Shown: positions 38,410 to 50,400 of the stretch, piece after piece
Layout of the letters: the number at the start of each line of letters is the position of its first letter
How positions within the stretch are numbered: position 1 is the first letter of the stretch
Origin: Phallusia mammillata
Lineage: Eukaryota
Assembly: GCA_965637545.1 (NCBI GenBank)
Contig: OZ281500.1
Location: 24,180,001 to 24,244,000 of the forward strand
Direction: 5' to 3'
Length of the DNA: 64,000 bases
Translations under genes and position numbers: made by a program
Notes under the pieces: generated by a model
The model's input: only the letters and a program-made list of their open reading frames with translations
What the model was told of the DNA's origin: nothing
Database searches by the model: none

Positions 38410-39940
38410 CTGAAAAACAAACACAGTTTGGTGGTAAGGCGTTGTAAATTTGTAACGATTTAAAGTCTTCTTGCAAATACTCCCAGTTAGACTTAAAAAG
38501 TGTTATTTTGACTTAAAGACACCAACTGGACTCTGATTGGCCAGACACAGATGAAGTTTAAACTTGCTTTACATTGACTGAACGAGAATAAAAAAGATTT
38601 CACTTTTAAATTGGGTTGAAAAAACAAACAGAAAACTTCGTATCGATAAAAGTTTCATAGTCTTGTCGCGATCTTTAATACACATCACAGCTGCTATACG
38701 CTACATGTATGAAACCTGCGATTGTTTCAAATGCAAAAACTTCTTAAGTTCACCTGTTTGTCATCCCAAGATAGAAGCAGATCATGAACGGGAGCGAAAT
38801 ATTGTTGCAGTTCAGAGCATTTTCGTAGAACAGAATATTGACCAAAATAACTAGGACTGGAAAAGCAAAAGCGGAGGTTTTTAACGACATTCGAAAGTTA
38901 AAGCTTGGTTGACATAAAAAGACTGCGTTGAGAAACTGTTTTATATGCTTGTAGATACTGTCTTAGTGTGGATGCTGTCAAAACTAGAAATTATTTTGAT
39001 ACAAAAATTAATTGACACAGATAGTTACAATATTGTATAGAATGTATACATTTAGCGTTTAAACATAAACAAGAATGACTTCAAATACCAACATGTAAGA
39101 AAATAAAACTTGAATAATGATTTTTTGATTGAATAAGTGAGATTGTGCGTTGCCACCCACATTTGTCCATCTCTTACTGTGTAATATTTAGGAACACACG
39201 TTATTAACAATATTCGGTCATGTTCATCGGGGCTGAACAGTGATGTTTCACCAGCAGCGGTACCGTACACCGCAGGGTGTACCGCTGTGTTTGGGTGTCC
39301 TGGGGTATACCATATACAATTATACAATATACTTATGACCGGGTATCACATTAGGCAGGTTTATGAGATAAAATCGATTGAAACAAAAACAATTCCCAAA
39401 CGTGAACTTGTGATAGATTTACAGACGCTAGCTTTTTGAGATTTAAGTTGATGTAAATGCGGCGTTTGATTGGCCAAGTTTGGTTTGCAAAGATATTTTC
39501 CATTATTCATGTAAATTCGTTAAAGCAGCTAGTTGGGGTGAAACAACAACAACAACAACCGGTTTGAATGTGTGTGTTTTTATAGGGTTCTTATAAAACT
39601 TAGTGGTTTGTAAAACCCACTGACATAGGTATGATTTTCGATAACTAATATATACAATATGGCATTACAAATCATCGCATATATTTACCAAATAAACAAC
39701 ACTTTTGCACGAATTGCCAACAACCTTTGGTCTTTGCTGATGTATGTTACATTGCGCTAAGTCTGGTTTAAACAAATCACTTTGTTGGAAACAGAGCGTA
39801 TATTCCCAGCCCACCGAAAAATGCTGTCGTTTGTATGGTAACATTGCTGTGAAAACTGAAACCAGATTGGATCGCGCTATTCAGTTAAGTGGTCCCTTTA
39901 ATTACACTTGAGTTGAGTTGAGATGAGTTGAGTGGTTCCC

Positions 39941-42753
39941 TCACACCGATGTTGAGTTTGTTGGTTTGCTTCTAGCAGGGGATTTTGTAGGTTTGTCGTT
40001 CTTGCAGAGACGAGAAACTGTGAGAAGATCTCGAGCTGATTTGGTGAAGTTTTTGTCGCGGAAACTGTAAACGACCACGTTCACTAAACTAGAAGAAAAA
40101 TAAGATCTTTACCGGACTAACTCAAGCAGATAAATATACGGATGACATTTATTGTGAGGTGACAATTAAATTACTGTGACGTCACATCACAAAGCAATCT
40201 GTATAAGCGTATGCATGCCTGATGTAAGATTTTATTGCGTCACTGATGATGTCACAAGCTACTGCACCGAAATGCAATTGATCGCTTTATTTAAGGTTGG
40301 TCAAGTTGGTTAATTGAGTTGCTGTGATGGTAATAAATGATAACTTGAGTTAGTTCAAGTTTTTATAAGTTCACCTGATTATCACTTTATCTTATAATCC
40401 AATGAGCGTAGCGTATATTCACCTGTTCGACATGCTGAGATAGAAACACACCAGGAAGGGAAGTGAAGCCGTGTCGCATGTTAAGGACTTCCCGAAGAAC
40501 AGAACTGGCACAACGATCAGTGGAACTGGAAGGAAGATTGAATGTAAAGTGAATTGTCCCAAAAAGCTCCAATCGTAAAGTAGTTTAACTTACCAATGGT
40601 GAGAGTGAAGCCAATCTGCATAAGGACCACTGTCACGAACATGCGAACTTCTCGTTTATCTGTATTCTGCCGAAGTTGATTGGACTTCTTTTGGTTGATG
40701 TGAACCACAATAAAGGTCGCGACACAAGCGAGGCTCTGTTATGACGTAACAAGGCTGTGACGTATATGACCTTGAATTTTGACCTCTAATTGTCATTGTG
40801 AAATCCTTGAACGTTTGTTTTGGAAAATGTTTATGAATGTAAACGTTTGAAAAAAGCTGTTACATGCGATTGCGGTCAATAACAAGATCTGTTTAATAGC
40901 TATTTAAGTTCAACTCAAACTTTCGTTTATCTCCACGAACTCGATGATTTTGCAATTTGAGTTGAAGGAAACTTTGCAGTTTGATGAATTATGTTTGTGA
41001 ATCACTTCGTGTCATAAACTTACCATTATTACGTAGGGTATGACGTAGAAAACAATGAGCGTAGCAACGAGAGCATTGTGGCTTCCATCTCGATTTTGTA
41101 TTTTCTTCTCAGTGAAGAAGAACAGAAATATCGTGTGCTGATAAGTGTACACCATCGAATCAGGAAACCAGGCTGAAAATCATGTTGATTTGTCACAATG
41201 AAATATCTTGTTGTTGTTTCCAAGAATTTCATTATAAATTTTAGCAACTTTGTTTTATCTGAGGGCGTGTTCAGTCAGTTTGGAAAATATTCAATTGAAA
41301 ACGAATTAGACAATGTTTGTAAGTTTGTCTTGCTAGACAAAGTATGTACGTACACATTGGCATAATATTCATCAATAAGCGTGCTAACTCTTTACTGCCC
41401 TCTAGTGATTGCATGCTTTTTGAACAATTTGATTATTTTCAACATTTGATGCGGTTTCATACCTGGTACGGTGCTGGATACAAGAGCCAATCCCCAAACC
41501 ACAGCCAAACCGACGTAGACGTGAAAATCGCTTTGCATCCGGTACAAGAGTGGCCACTTGATGGCGTACAAGCGCTGTGCACCCATGAACACTAGGTGGT
41601 ACAAAGAGCAGGTGAACGTGAGAAGGAGAAAGATTCCTCCCACTGTCGCTTGAGCCGATCTTCTTAGTGAAAGTTGGCGCTGATCCAATTCCGTCGACGA
41701 AACGTTCATCGTCCAACTGAAGTTGTAGATTGAAACCATCAGAAGTTGGACGCCTGAAAAACATATGAACAAATCTGGACTTGAAGCACCAAAAAATGCA
41801 AACGGTTTAACTGATGTTGCATGGCTGTCTTTGGAGCATTACCTTATATTAACTGTTTACTACTTAGATCAGACATGTAGGGACTGATTAGTATAAAAAA
41901 TCACAGGTTGACAGGCCTGCAAGGGACGTTATGCTGAACCATGTCTGCCAGCCAAGCATTTGGCCACGCTCACAAACGTAGGTTAGAACAATGAACCAAG
42001 TTACAGATGTATGTCTGTGAAAATCGAACTTTTTACATGCTGCCTACGTAAGGACTTCGATAGATTGGTCTTATATAAAGCTCAATTTTGTCCTTTTCAA
42101 TAATATACCCAAATGTTTTTACCAGTGAGAAAATCAGCGATAGCCAAAGAGAACTTCATTTTTTCAAAACTTTGACGGAGCCCGAGTTTCTTTAACACCA
42201 CCATTACAAGTACGTTGCCGAACACACAGGCCAGACCGAGCAGGACGACGAAAAATACGAAAAATCCCGCTCCTGTCTTGCTGCATTCTGCGCATGCGCG
42301 CAGTGGTGTGTTCGCGCATGCGCTGTAGGCTTTATCGGAGCAAAATGCGGGAAAACCACACAGCTTTGAAGTTGTGAAATTTCTGAATCGATACAGCCCA
42401 GTTTTGTTGATAGTGCTTTTGAATCCACCAGAAAAGTTAAATCCTTCAGAAAAGTTATATTCATCAGAAAATTTGAATCCATTAGAAAAGTTAAATTCAT
42501 CAGTAAAGTTGCTTGTTGTGTTGATTCCAGAGCTCGTATTGTTGAGTTGATTGGATATATTGTTTAAAACGTTTTCAGCGCTGATGGCACTCACTGTTTC
42601 TTCATTGAAACTGAGTTCTGGCAAGTTAATGTCGTCATCTCCAACCCATGTATAGATTGGTTCCAATGCGTAACGTGTTTCTTCTACTCGGTCAACCATT
42701 GAAGAAGTGTGAATACCCGAATCGTGCGTATCACTTGTGTTTTGGATTGTCAT
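39941..42753 (-). CDS. Class A GPCR R5 (487 aa)
   Basis: Exons 42753-42123, 41753-41463, 41172-41024, 40735-40594, 40525-40423, 40088-39941; intact, GT-AG. Confidence 0.85.
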
Positions 42754-45700
42754 TGTGAATGCAGATAATGTTGTATTTAAATGTCAAAAACTGAAATGTT
42801 ATTTTAAAATAAAGATTTTTTTTTGGCAAATTGAACACTCTTCAGCCCCAAGTTTCGATTATTTTATATTTGAATATAAAACTTCAACTGAAAAAGCTAA
42901 ATAAATAATCTTAATTGACCGATCAAAATAACAACTTTAGTAACAGATCAAAACCATCAACAGCATGGCTTAAACTGACAATCACTGTTTGCCTTTTTAA
43001 CCATAAAAGAGTGAAACCAACGGACGATAAAATTCTTGGTAAAACAGATGATGGCACATAGGCGAAAAATATATATTCCTTAACTGACTGATTTTGTTTT
43101 CGTTGCAATTTCTGTGTTAATTAGAATGCATGGGAAGCTTGTTATTAAGAGGAAAGTGATAACGTTCACTATAAAAACCTTTCGAACCTGAACACGAACA
43201 AGTTGTCATCTGCAACTTTTGCTTAGTTGTGAAATCATACGGAACCTTGCCTAACCATCCAACAATTTTGTTGGTTTGTTTCTATATTCACACTAAGATA
43301 TGCAGAAATCTAACTCACCTGTTTGCTGTTTGTGCATCAAAATAATTGCAAAGTTTTAAACGAAACTCACTATAGTAGTACGATATTATAGCATATCATG
43401 TGTTGCTTCAAATATGCATCATGATATGATTAAACTGTATTTCTATAACCAGACTTATGCAAGGTATTTGCATTGAACTTATAACAATGCTATTACTTCG
43501 GTCACGAACACAGAATTCCCGTTCAAAAATTCCAGACACTCCGAATTTGCAACGCAACAACCCTAATGTTAGGGAAGTCAGCCAGTATAGTTTATTGCAA
43601 CATATCTGACCTTTCGATTCTGTTTCAGTATTTTCAAAGTAAACCTCCCTAAAACAACACGAATTTACAAAGTTCAATTAATACAGAAAGAAAGCAGAAT
43701 CAAATGCAGGTGGTAAGGTTTATGAAAAAACTTTCGACAAATCTTATATTCATTTTGTTTGTTCATTATAAAATGGTTAAACCAGTGATGCACCGAATTT
43801 TCGGTTGGATAAAATCATTTTTATATTTTTTGATGACAACCAATTCTTGCAGACTGATGTGCTATATTGACACATATTGGATTGCTTAAGTATAGTAAAC
43901 AACAGTTAAACTGGATTCGGTTATTCCAGATCTTTGCAAAATTCGGACAAAACTCGAGGTACAAATGATTTGTTAAGTGGCAAGGCTTGAACTAATCTAG
44001 ATCTTCTCCGAACTATTTTTTTGGTAAATACGAGTCCAGATTAACCAAGGTTTATTAAAATCTCTTCCTTTTTTCCGCATTACTGCCACGCCTCCAATGC
44101 AGCGGCTCATATTCAAACACAATGCGACCTGATGAGTCATTTCAAACAGTGATGCGCCAGATTTTCGATTGACTTAGAATAATCCTAAGCAACTACTTCC
44201 TTGTTTCGGTTCGGCTCCAACTTAAGAAAAATTTTCACCGAAGTTTCCACAGACATCATATGTTGGACCATAACTTGAATTATTTTTAGTGATTTGTCTG
44301 CCTACAGGCCTATACACGTTGTAACTCACGCACAGTATCATGTCTAACTATATCTAACTGTTTTAGTTAATTGTTCTGATCAGCAGATCCTAACTTACAG
44401 CTAAGTATTACAGGAATCAATATAGCTTAACTGATTTGGACATCACAATATTGTAAATGTAGTAAGCTTTTCCTGTATTTTATCAATTATTATTTGCTTT
44501 TTTTACATACTTCGTGTATATTGTGTCACTTTTCCGCATTATGACGTAACACAATGGCAAAACATCAAGAGAACCTATTTCTTTCAAAGTTAAACAACTG
44601 TTGGTTATGGTTTTATTACGAGGTTCTCGTAAAAATTTCACGTAAACAACGATGTATTTGACTAGTTCATGTTGCTCATTAGGTGGTATGTAGTTAAAGC
44701 ATGAGCAATTGCTATGTATGGACGATGTTGTTTAGATGCGGAATAAGAAATATACTAATGAACTGAAGTGCCCTGGTTACTGTTTGAAGTGGGTGTAAAA
44801 CTCTTTGCGGGGCAAATAAATAAGTGTCTGCCGATAAACTCGCTTTAACTGAAAACACCTAATGAGTAACTTTACCGGGATTTGAACTCATGACCTGTTG
44901 CTAACTGACGACCATAATATTAAATAACAATGCTTTTGTTGTTGAGACTTTTAATCAACTCTTCAAACTTTCGACACCTTAAACCGTTGTTTCCAAACCT
45001 TTTTCTGTATCCGACACACTACCAATCTAAACTCTTTCAGACTTAAAAGACACAAAAATCGGTTTGATGTGATTGGTGTAATTGTTTTTGGCCACATAAA
45101 GTTCATTTCAGCAATGCCACGCACACCAACATTTGTCATGAAATATTTACCTAAGTCAGTGGTTCTCTAACTTTTCAAGCATGCGGCGCATTAACAAACT
45201 CAATTTTTTATTCCGCAGCACACTTTGCATGCCAAAATAACAAAAGTTGTCAAAAGAAAGTTAATTCGCAACTCTAAAGTGATAAGTGAAATTGTTTTTT
45301 ATGGTACATAACAATAGTAAGCTTTTAAATGTTCATTTTGTCATGAAGTCCCAAAATACCACAGAATGGTAATTGTCTTTAAAATAGCGAGTATTTTGCG
45401 GAATGCTTGGAAATTGGTCACTGGTGCCTACAGTGATTGAAAAAAAATTCTATGTGCTCTCTAGAAAAAAAAATGACTGAAAAAATGCATGCGCACTACG
45501 AAAGAAAAAGTTGAATGACGTAGTCGTAAGGTAATGACGTCAGTCATTGTTTGCTGTACAAAAACACAATGCAGTATAACTGAGTAGTAATATACAAGAA
45601 AAATAAAACTATTTTTCGTTTCGAATATTGTAGTTCATTATGTGTGTAGTTCATGATGCTTCAAGCCGTCTGTAATTTTTTGTGATAAGTTATGTGCTTT

Positions 45701-45786
45701 GGGGAAAATAGTGGATTGAAAATATCACAAAAAAAGTAGATTAGCCCTTGCAAATTGTCGATACTTTTATGTAAGTGGCAGGCAAG

Positions 45787-48700
45787 TTATTTCACTGTAT
45801 ATTGAACTTGTGTTGCTGTTGTGTTTCTGCTTGTGTTGGAAGCTTGAAGGTATTTGTCTTCTTTCCTTGCACAGCAGATTAACATTGCCAAAGTCTCCTT
45901 GGCCTTTTTCGCAAAAGCTTTGTTGCGAAAACTGTAGACTGTCATGTTCACCAAGCTGAAAAAACAAAGAAAAGTTGCTTAACTACGTTTAAACTGTCCA
46001 CTAGACTGGTCAAAGCGGGTGCACGAAAGAGCTTTATTCAGCAGTGTGTAGCACAACCACTTTTCTACGCTATTTAAATAGTGTGTTGTAATTACAAAGT
46101 GGTTTTGTGCGTTGCTTTAAAAGTTTTTTAAATAAAGCAAAAGTCGCCGTCGCATTACACAATATTAACAGGTGACATAAATACATCTAAAACTTTTGAA
46201 TGAGCGTAGCGCATTTACCTGTTTGACATGCTGAGGTAGAAACAGAACAGAAAGGGAAGTGAACCTGTGTCGCACGTTAGGGAATTCCCGTAAAACAGAG
46301 CGTTGAAGACAACGAGTGGAACTGAAAAATGAAAACAATATAAGATATATTCAGAAGAAACAGTCTTATCTATATTTAGCTGCACTGATGAGACATTATA
46401 GGTCGAAACATTGTGTGTACTGTCTGCAGCTTAATAATTAAAATATCACAAGCTTACTCATTGTGATTGTGAAACCAAGCTGCATCAGGGCAACTGTGAT
46501 ACACATTTGATTTTCTAGTTTGTTCACTTTTCTTCCCTTCTGATTGGCTGACCCGACATGCTTGAGTTCCTTTGACTTTTTCATATTATCTCTCACCGAA
46601 TAAAGCGTGACGAAAGCTGAACAAGTCTGAAAAAAAATATTTTGAAACTTCCTGTTTTATTGCAAGTCCGTTGAATCATTTTTTTTGATTTTTTCGGATT
46701 GGGCAGTCGGTGATTTCAATTTGGTCCAACCCATTGTTAACCACTAGGTTGGATCTCAATACCGCTCAAGTTTCTTGCTCAGGGAAGCACAAGTGGCCAA
46801 GACTAGATTAGAACCCGCAACCTTGCGATCATGAGGTGACTTTATTATTCAACGAGTGGTAAAAAAATGACATTCTTTAAGGATATTTACCATTATTATG
46901 TAAGGAACGACTACGAAGCAGATCATCATTGCAATGAGAACGTTGAAGTTTCCACTTTGTCCCGAATAATACGTGTTGGTAATGTAGAAGAGAAATATAG
47001 TGTGCTGGTATGTGTAGACCATACAATCTGGAAACCATGCTGCATGAAAAATAGGAAAAGGACGTTTACTTACATTTCAACAGTTATTATGTTGTACATG
47101 TCCGTTAAGATGAACACAAATTCATAACTTGGATCAGCTCTGAAGCGTGAAAGCAGACTCGCAAAGGCTCCTGTCGTGGGTTCAAATCCCACCGCAGGCT
47201 AGTCTTTTTTCTACCTCATTCATTGCCACATGTCAAAATGCTTGGTAGAGCAGCTTGATTCGGTATGACGCCTTCCATGAGCCGGGCTTACTATGATGGT
47301 AATCCATTTGCTTATCTGTTTTAGTGTTGCTTGGATAGATTTTAGCGATAAACCGGGACATATATGGTAAAAACCGTCAAAGTTTAATTGAAAATCTTAA
47401 TTATATTGCAGTTTTAACTTGGTGTGTCATAATTGTTGCAGACATTTTAGTCCTAAGTAGGGTCTACTTTTTACTGCTTTATAACAGCTTTTTTTAGCGA
47501 CCGACTGCTGAGCAAACAGTTTACAGCTTGTATCTTTTCATTTTTACCTGGAACTGTGCTTGATGTCAGGGCTAAAAGCCAAACCACAGCCAATCCAACG
47601 TAAATATGAAGGCTGCTTTGGAATCTATAGGACACTGGCCATCGCATTGAGTACAAGCGCTGCCCACCCATGTACACTAGGTGGTACAAAGAGCTGGTGA
47701 ATGTCAGAAGCAGAAGGATTCCTCCCACAGTCGCTTCGGGTGTTCCAGTCAGTAAAAGTTGGCGCTGATCCAATTCCATCGACGAAACGTTCATCGACCA
47801 ACTGAAGTTGTAGATTGAAACCACCAGGAGTTGGACGCCTGAACAAACAAAAAACATATTAGAATCTGTGTTATCTTAGAGTGGGTCACTTGCTTTGTTG
47901 GTTATTTCTTTTCAATAGACTAACAAGCAGATGCTAAACCAAACAAAGATCATTTGAAACTGGGTCTTTTATCAACTTCACAGATTGTTTTCTCAGAGCT
48001 TAAGTGTCTATTTACAAACCACATGTAAAATGTAAAAATTAAAGTTAATTCCTTCCATGAAGTTTTAAAATTCCTTCCTGGTTGGGAACCACATTGGTAA
48101 CGCATATTTAGACTCATTGAACATGGTGACAATCCCTGGTTGGAAACAACTGTACTATGTGCTTAATATTTGGACTTGAAGTGCTAACATGTTTGCTAAA
48201 ACTATTCTTTTGTAAATTGTTACACAATCCAAGGATTCAGATGTTATTTTCTGAAAAGCTCGATTTCAATAATGGCTACTAAATCTTGATCCACATTTGG
48301 GTTTAAACTATAACATGCTTTTGTTCAATGAAGACGCATTGAAAAGGACGTCAAAACGCCCTTAATTTAGAACTGGTGCTATTGTAAGAAACACGGTTTC
48401 AATTGTGAGAACATTAGTTGTTTTGAAACAAAAAAAATGATCTAATAGTTGACTGTGAAGTCGAATAAAGCTTTTTTGTTGATAAATTCAACATGACTGA
48501 AGACACCGACTCAGACTTAAACTTAAGTGTGACCGGTTTGCTTACCTAAAGCGAAATTGTACAAACTCTTACCTGTGAGAAAATCGGCGACAGCCAAAGA
48601 GAACTTCATCTTGTTGAAACTTTGACGGAGCCCGAGTTTCTTTAACACCGCCATTACAAGTACGTTGCCGAACACACAGGCCAGACCGAGCAGGACGACG

Positions 48701-49029
48701 AAAAATACGAAAAATCCCGCTCCTGTCTTGCTGCATTCGTTGCATTCCCGCAGTGGTGTGTTCGCGCATTCTTTGTAAGCTTCGTTGGAGCAAAATGCGG
48801 GAAAACCACACAATACTGTGGTTATATTACGATGTATGGCCGATTCGTTGAATTCTGTGCTGTTGGTGAAGTTGTATGGATGACTTTGTATATTGTTTGT
48901 AAAGTTTCCATTGACAACGGGTTGGGGCACAACAGATTTCGGGTAAAGTATGGTAAGTCGGACCCGACCTGCAAGAGTCCAGAGTGAGTTATTGTTGCGT
49001 AATGAAAAGTTTGTAGAACTAGAACCCAT
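45787..49029 (-). CDS. Class A GPCR R6, second subfamily (445 aa)
   Basis: Exons 49029-48573, 47838-47548, 47039-46891, 46626-46458, 46321-46219, 45955-45787 (457/291/149/169/103/169 nt); intact; TM7 NMTVY. Confidence 0.85.
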
Positions 49030-49807
49030 TATATTACGCTGTAGAGAAAAACAAAAAAAATATTGATGTTTAATAGTTTTATGAAGTATACCAAATGAGT
49101 CAGGTTTCAAAAAACACAAAGCCTAATTTAAATCAGTTTTGAAGCATTTCAACTGTCAACTGTTGCTGCGTTTGCCGAAAGTGTGGAAAAACGTCTTCAC
49201 AAGTTTTCTGGGAATGCAAGCTCTCATGTTAAAACATCCTAAATTCTGTCGTTTCATCAGTATAATATAGATTTGACAACAACAAAAAATCTCTTTTTAA
49301 TCTGTCTTCTTTAACTTTTCATGTATCTGGTCATACACACAAGCTCCCTGAGTACACTGAGAACCATGCACTGTGAGCAACATTAGATGTGCACACTGGC
49401 CACACAACAGTTTATGTGCAGCATAGATTTCATGTGTCTTGACATACACACAAGCTCCCTGACTGCACTGAAGACCACTGACAGCCACATTAAATACGCA
49501 TAGATTTGAAAAAAGGCTTAGATAGGGACATTGCTTCCAACCCTGGCTATGAATAACTCAACACTTCAGCCAACAAATTGCATCAAAATACACTTTAGAC
49601 TATTGTACATCTTCCTGTTTACACTGCGTTTCAACATGATAGTTAGAAGTGAAGTGGAAGTCAACGACAAGCAACGGATTTCGAGTTTCGACGCGACTTC
49701 CTCCCGCGATGCATCAAACATTGCAAAGTTCGTTGGTTGTCCTGACAAGTTTATGCAGCGCTTTGTTTGTAAAAGTTGAACTACGTCACAATGTTATGAA
49801 TAAACTG

Positions 49808-49930
49808 TTGCTGCCAGGCATAATGCATTAACATTTTTTTAGCTCTTCCAGCAGTCTTTATTATAATATGCCGACGTTTCTACGTCCTATACAAGGCGCT
49901 TTCATCAGGATAATGACATATCTTGCAGGA
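49808..49930 (-). mobile_element. Short Penelope-derived element with degenerate hammerhead
   Basis: Homologous to the 32608-32730 end; CTGATGA...GAAACGTC present (tcatcag 49902-49908) but the stem II closing pair is A.A. Confidence 0.65.
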
Positions 49931-49994
49931 ATAGTCGATTGCTTTTAATAAAACTGCTGGATGAGCAATACTTGGTCACAATATTATGTTCAAT

Positions 49995-50110
49995 ATATAA
50001 GCCATTGCTGCAAGGCATAATATCAAGTTTATAGAGCTCTTCTGGCAAACGTATTTTTATTCTGACGTTTCGACGTCCTATACAGGTCGCCTTCATCAGG
50101 GTAAATAACA
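49995..50110 (-). mobile_element. Short Penelope-derived element with hammerhead core (GUC site)
   Basis: Minus strand CTGATGA a GGCG A CCT GTAT AGG A CGTC GAAA CGTC (50099-50064); tail TTGCTGCAAGGCATAA at 50005-50020. Confidence 0.65.
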
Positions 50111-50194
50111 CTGAATGCGCGTGGTACAGTGCACGATACACAAAGGAGAAAAGATAACCAAATTGCACCAAAAAACACTGTTGCAATAACGTTT

Positions 50195-50400
50195 CTTTTT
50201 GCGCGTGCTCACAATTGTGTGTTGGCACAAGCGATGTAGGCTTCGTTGTAGCTAAAGGCGAAAAAACCACACAAAACTGTGGTTACATTGCGATTTATGG
50301 ACGATTCGTTGAATTCGTTGGCGATTTTAAAGTTAAACTGCGTAGGGGTTATTAAAGGTCATATCCGATCTGCGGTTGCGCTGTGATAGTTACTTTAGAA
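50195..50400 (-). pseudogene. Decayed GPCR first exon V12 upstream of R6
   Basis: Translates as NEFNESSINRNVTTVLCGFFAFSYNEAYIACANTQL-stop (TGA 50211-50209), matching R6 exon 1 (TEFNESAIHRNITTVLCGFPAFCSNEAYKECANTPL). TM1-TM2 part is missing. Confidence 0.7.

Noticed and set aside
49330-49500. ~110-bp direct repeat upstream of R6
   Set aside because: Two diverged units only; an ordinary local duplication with no further signal.
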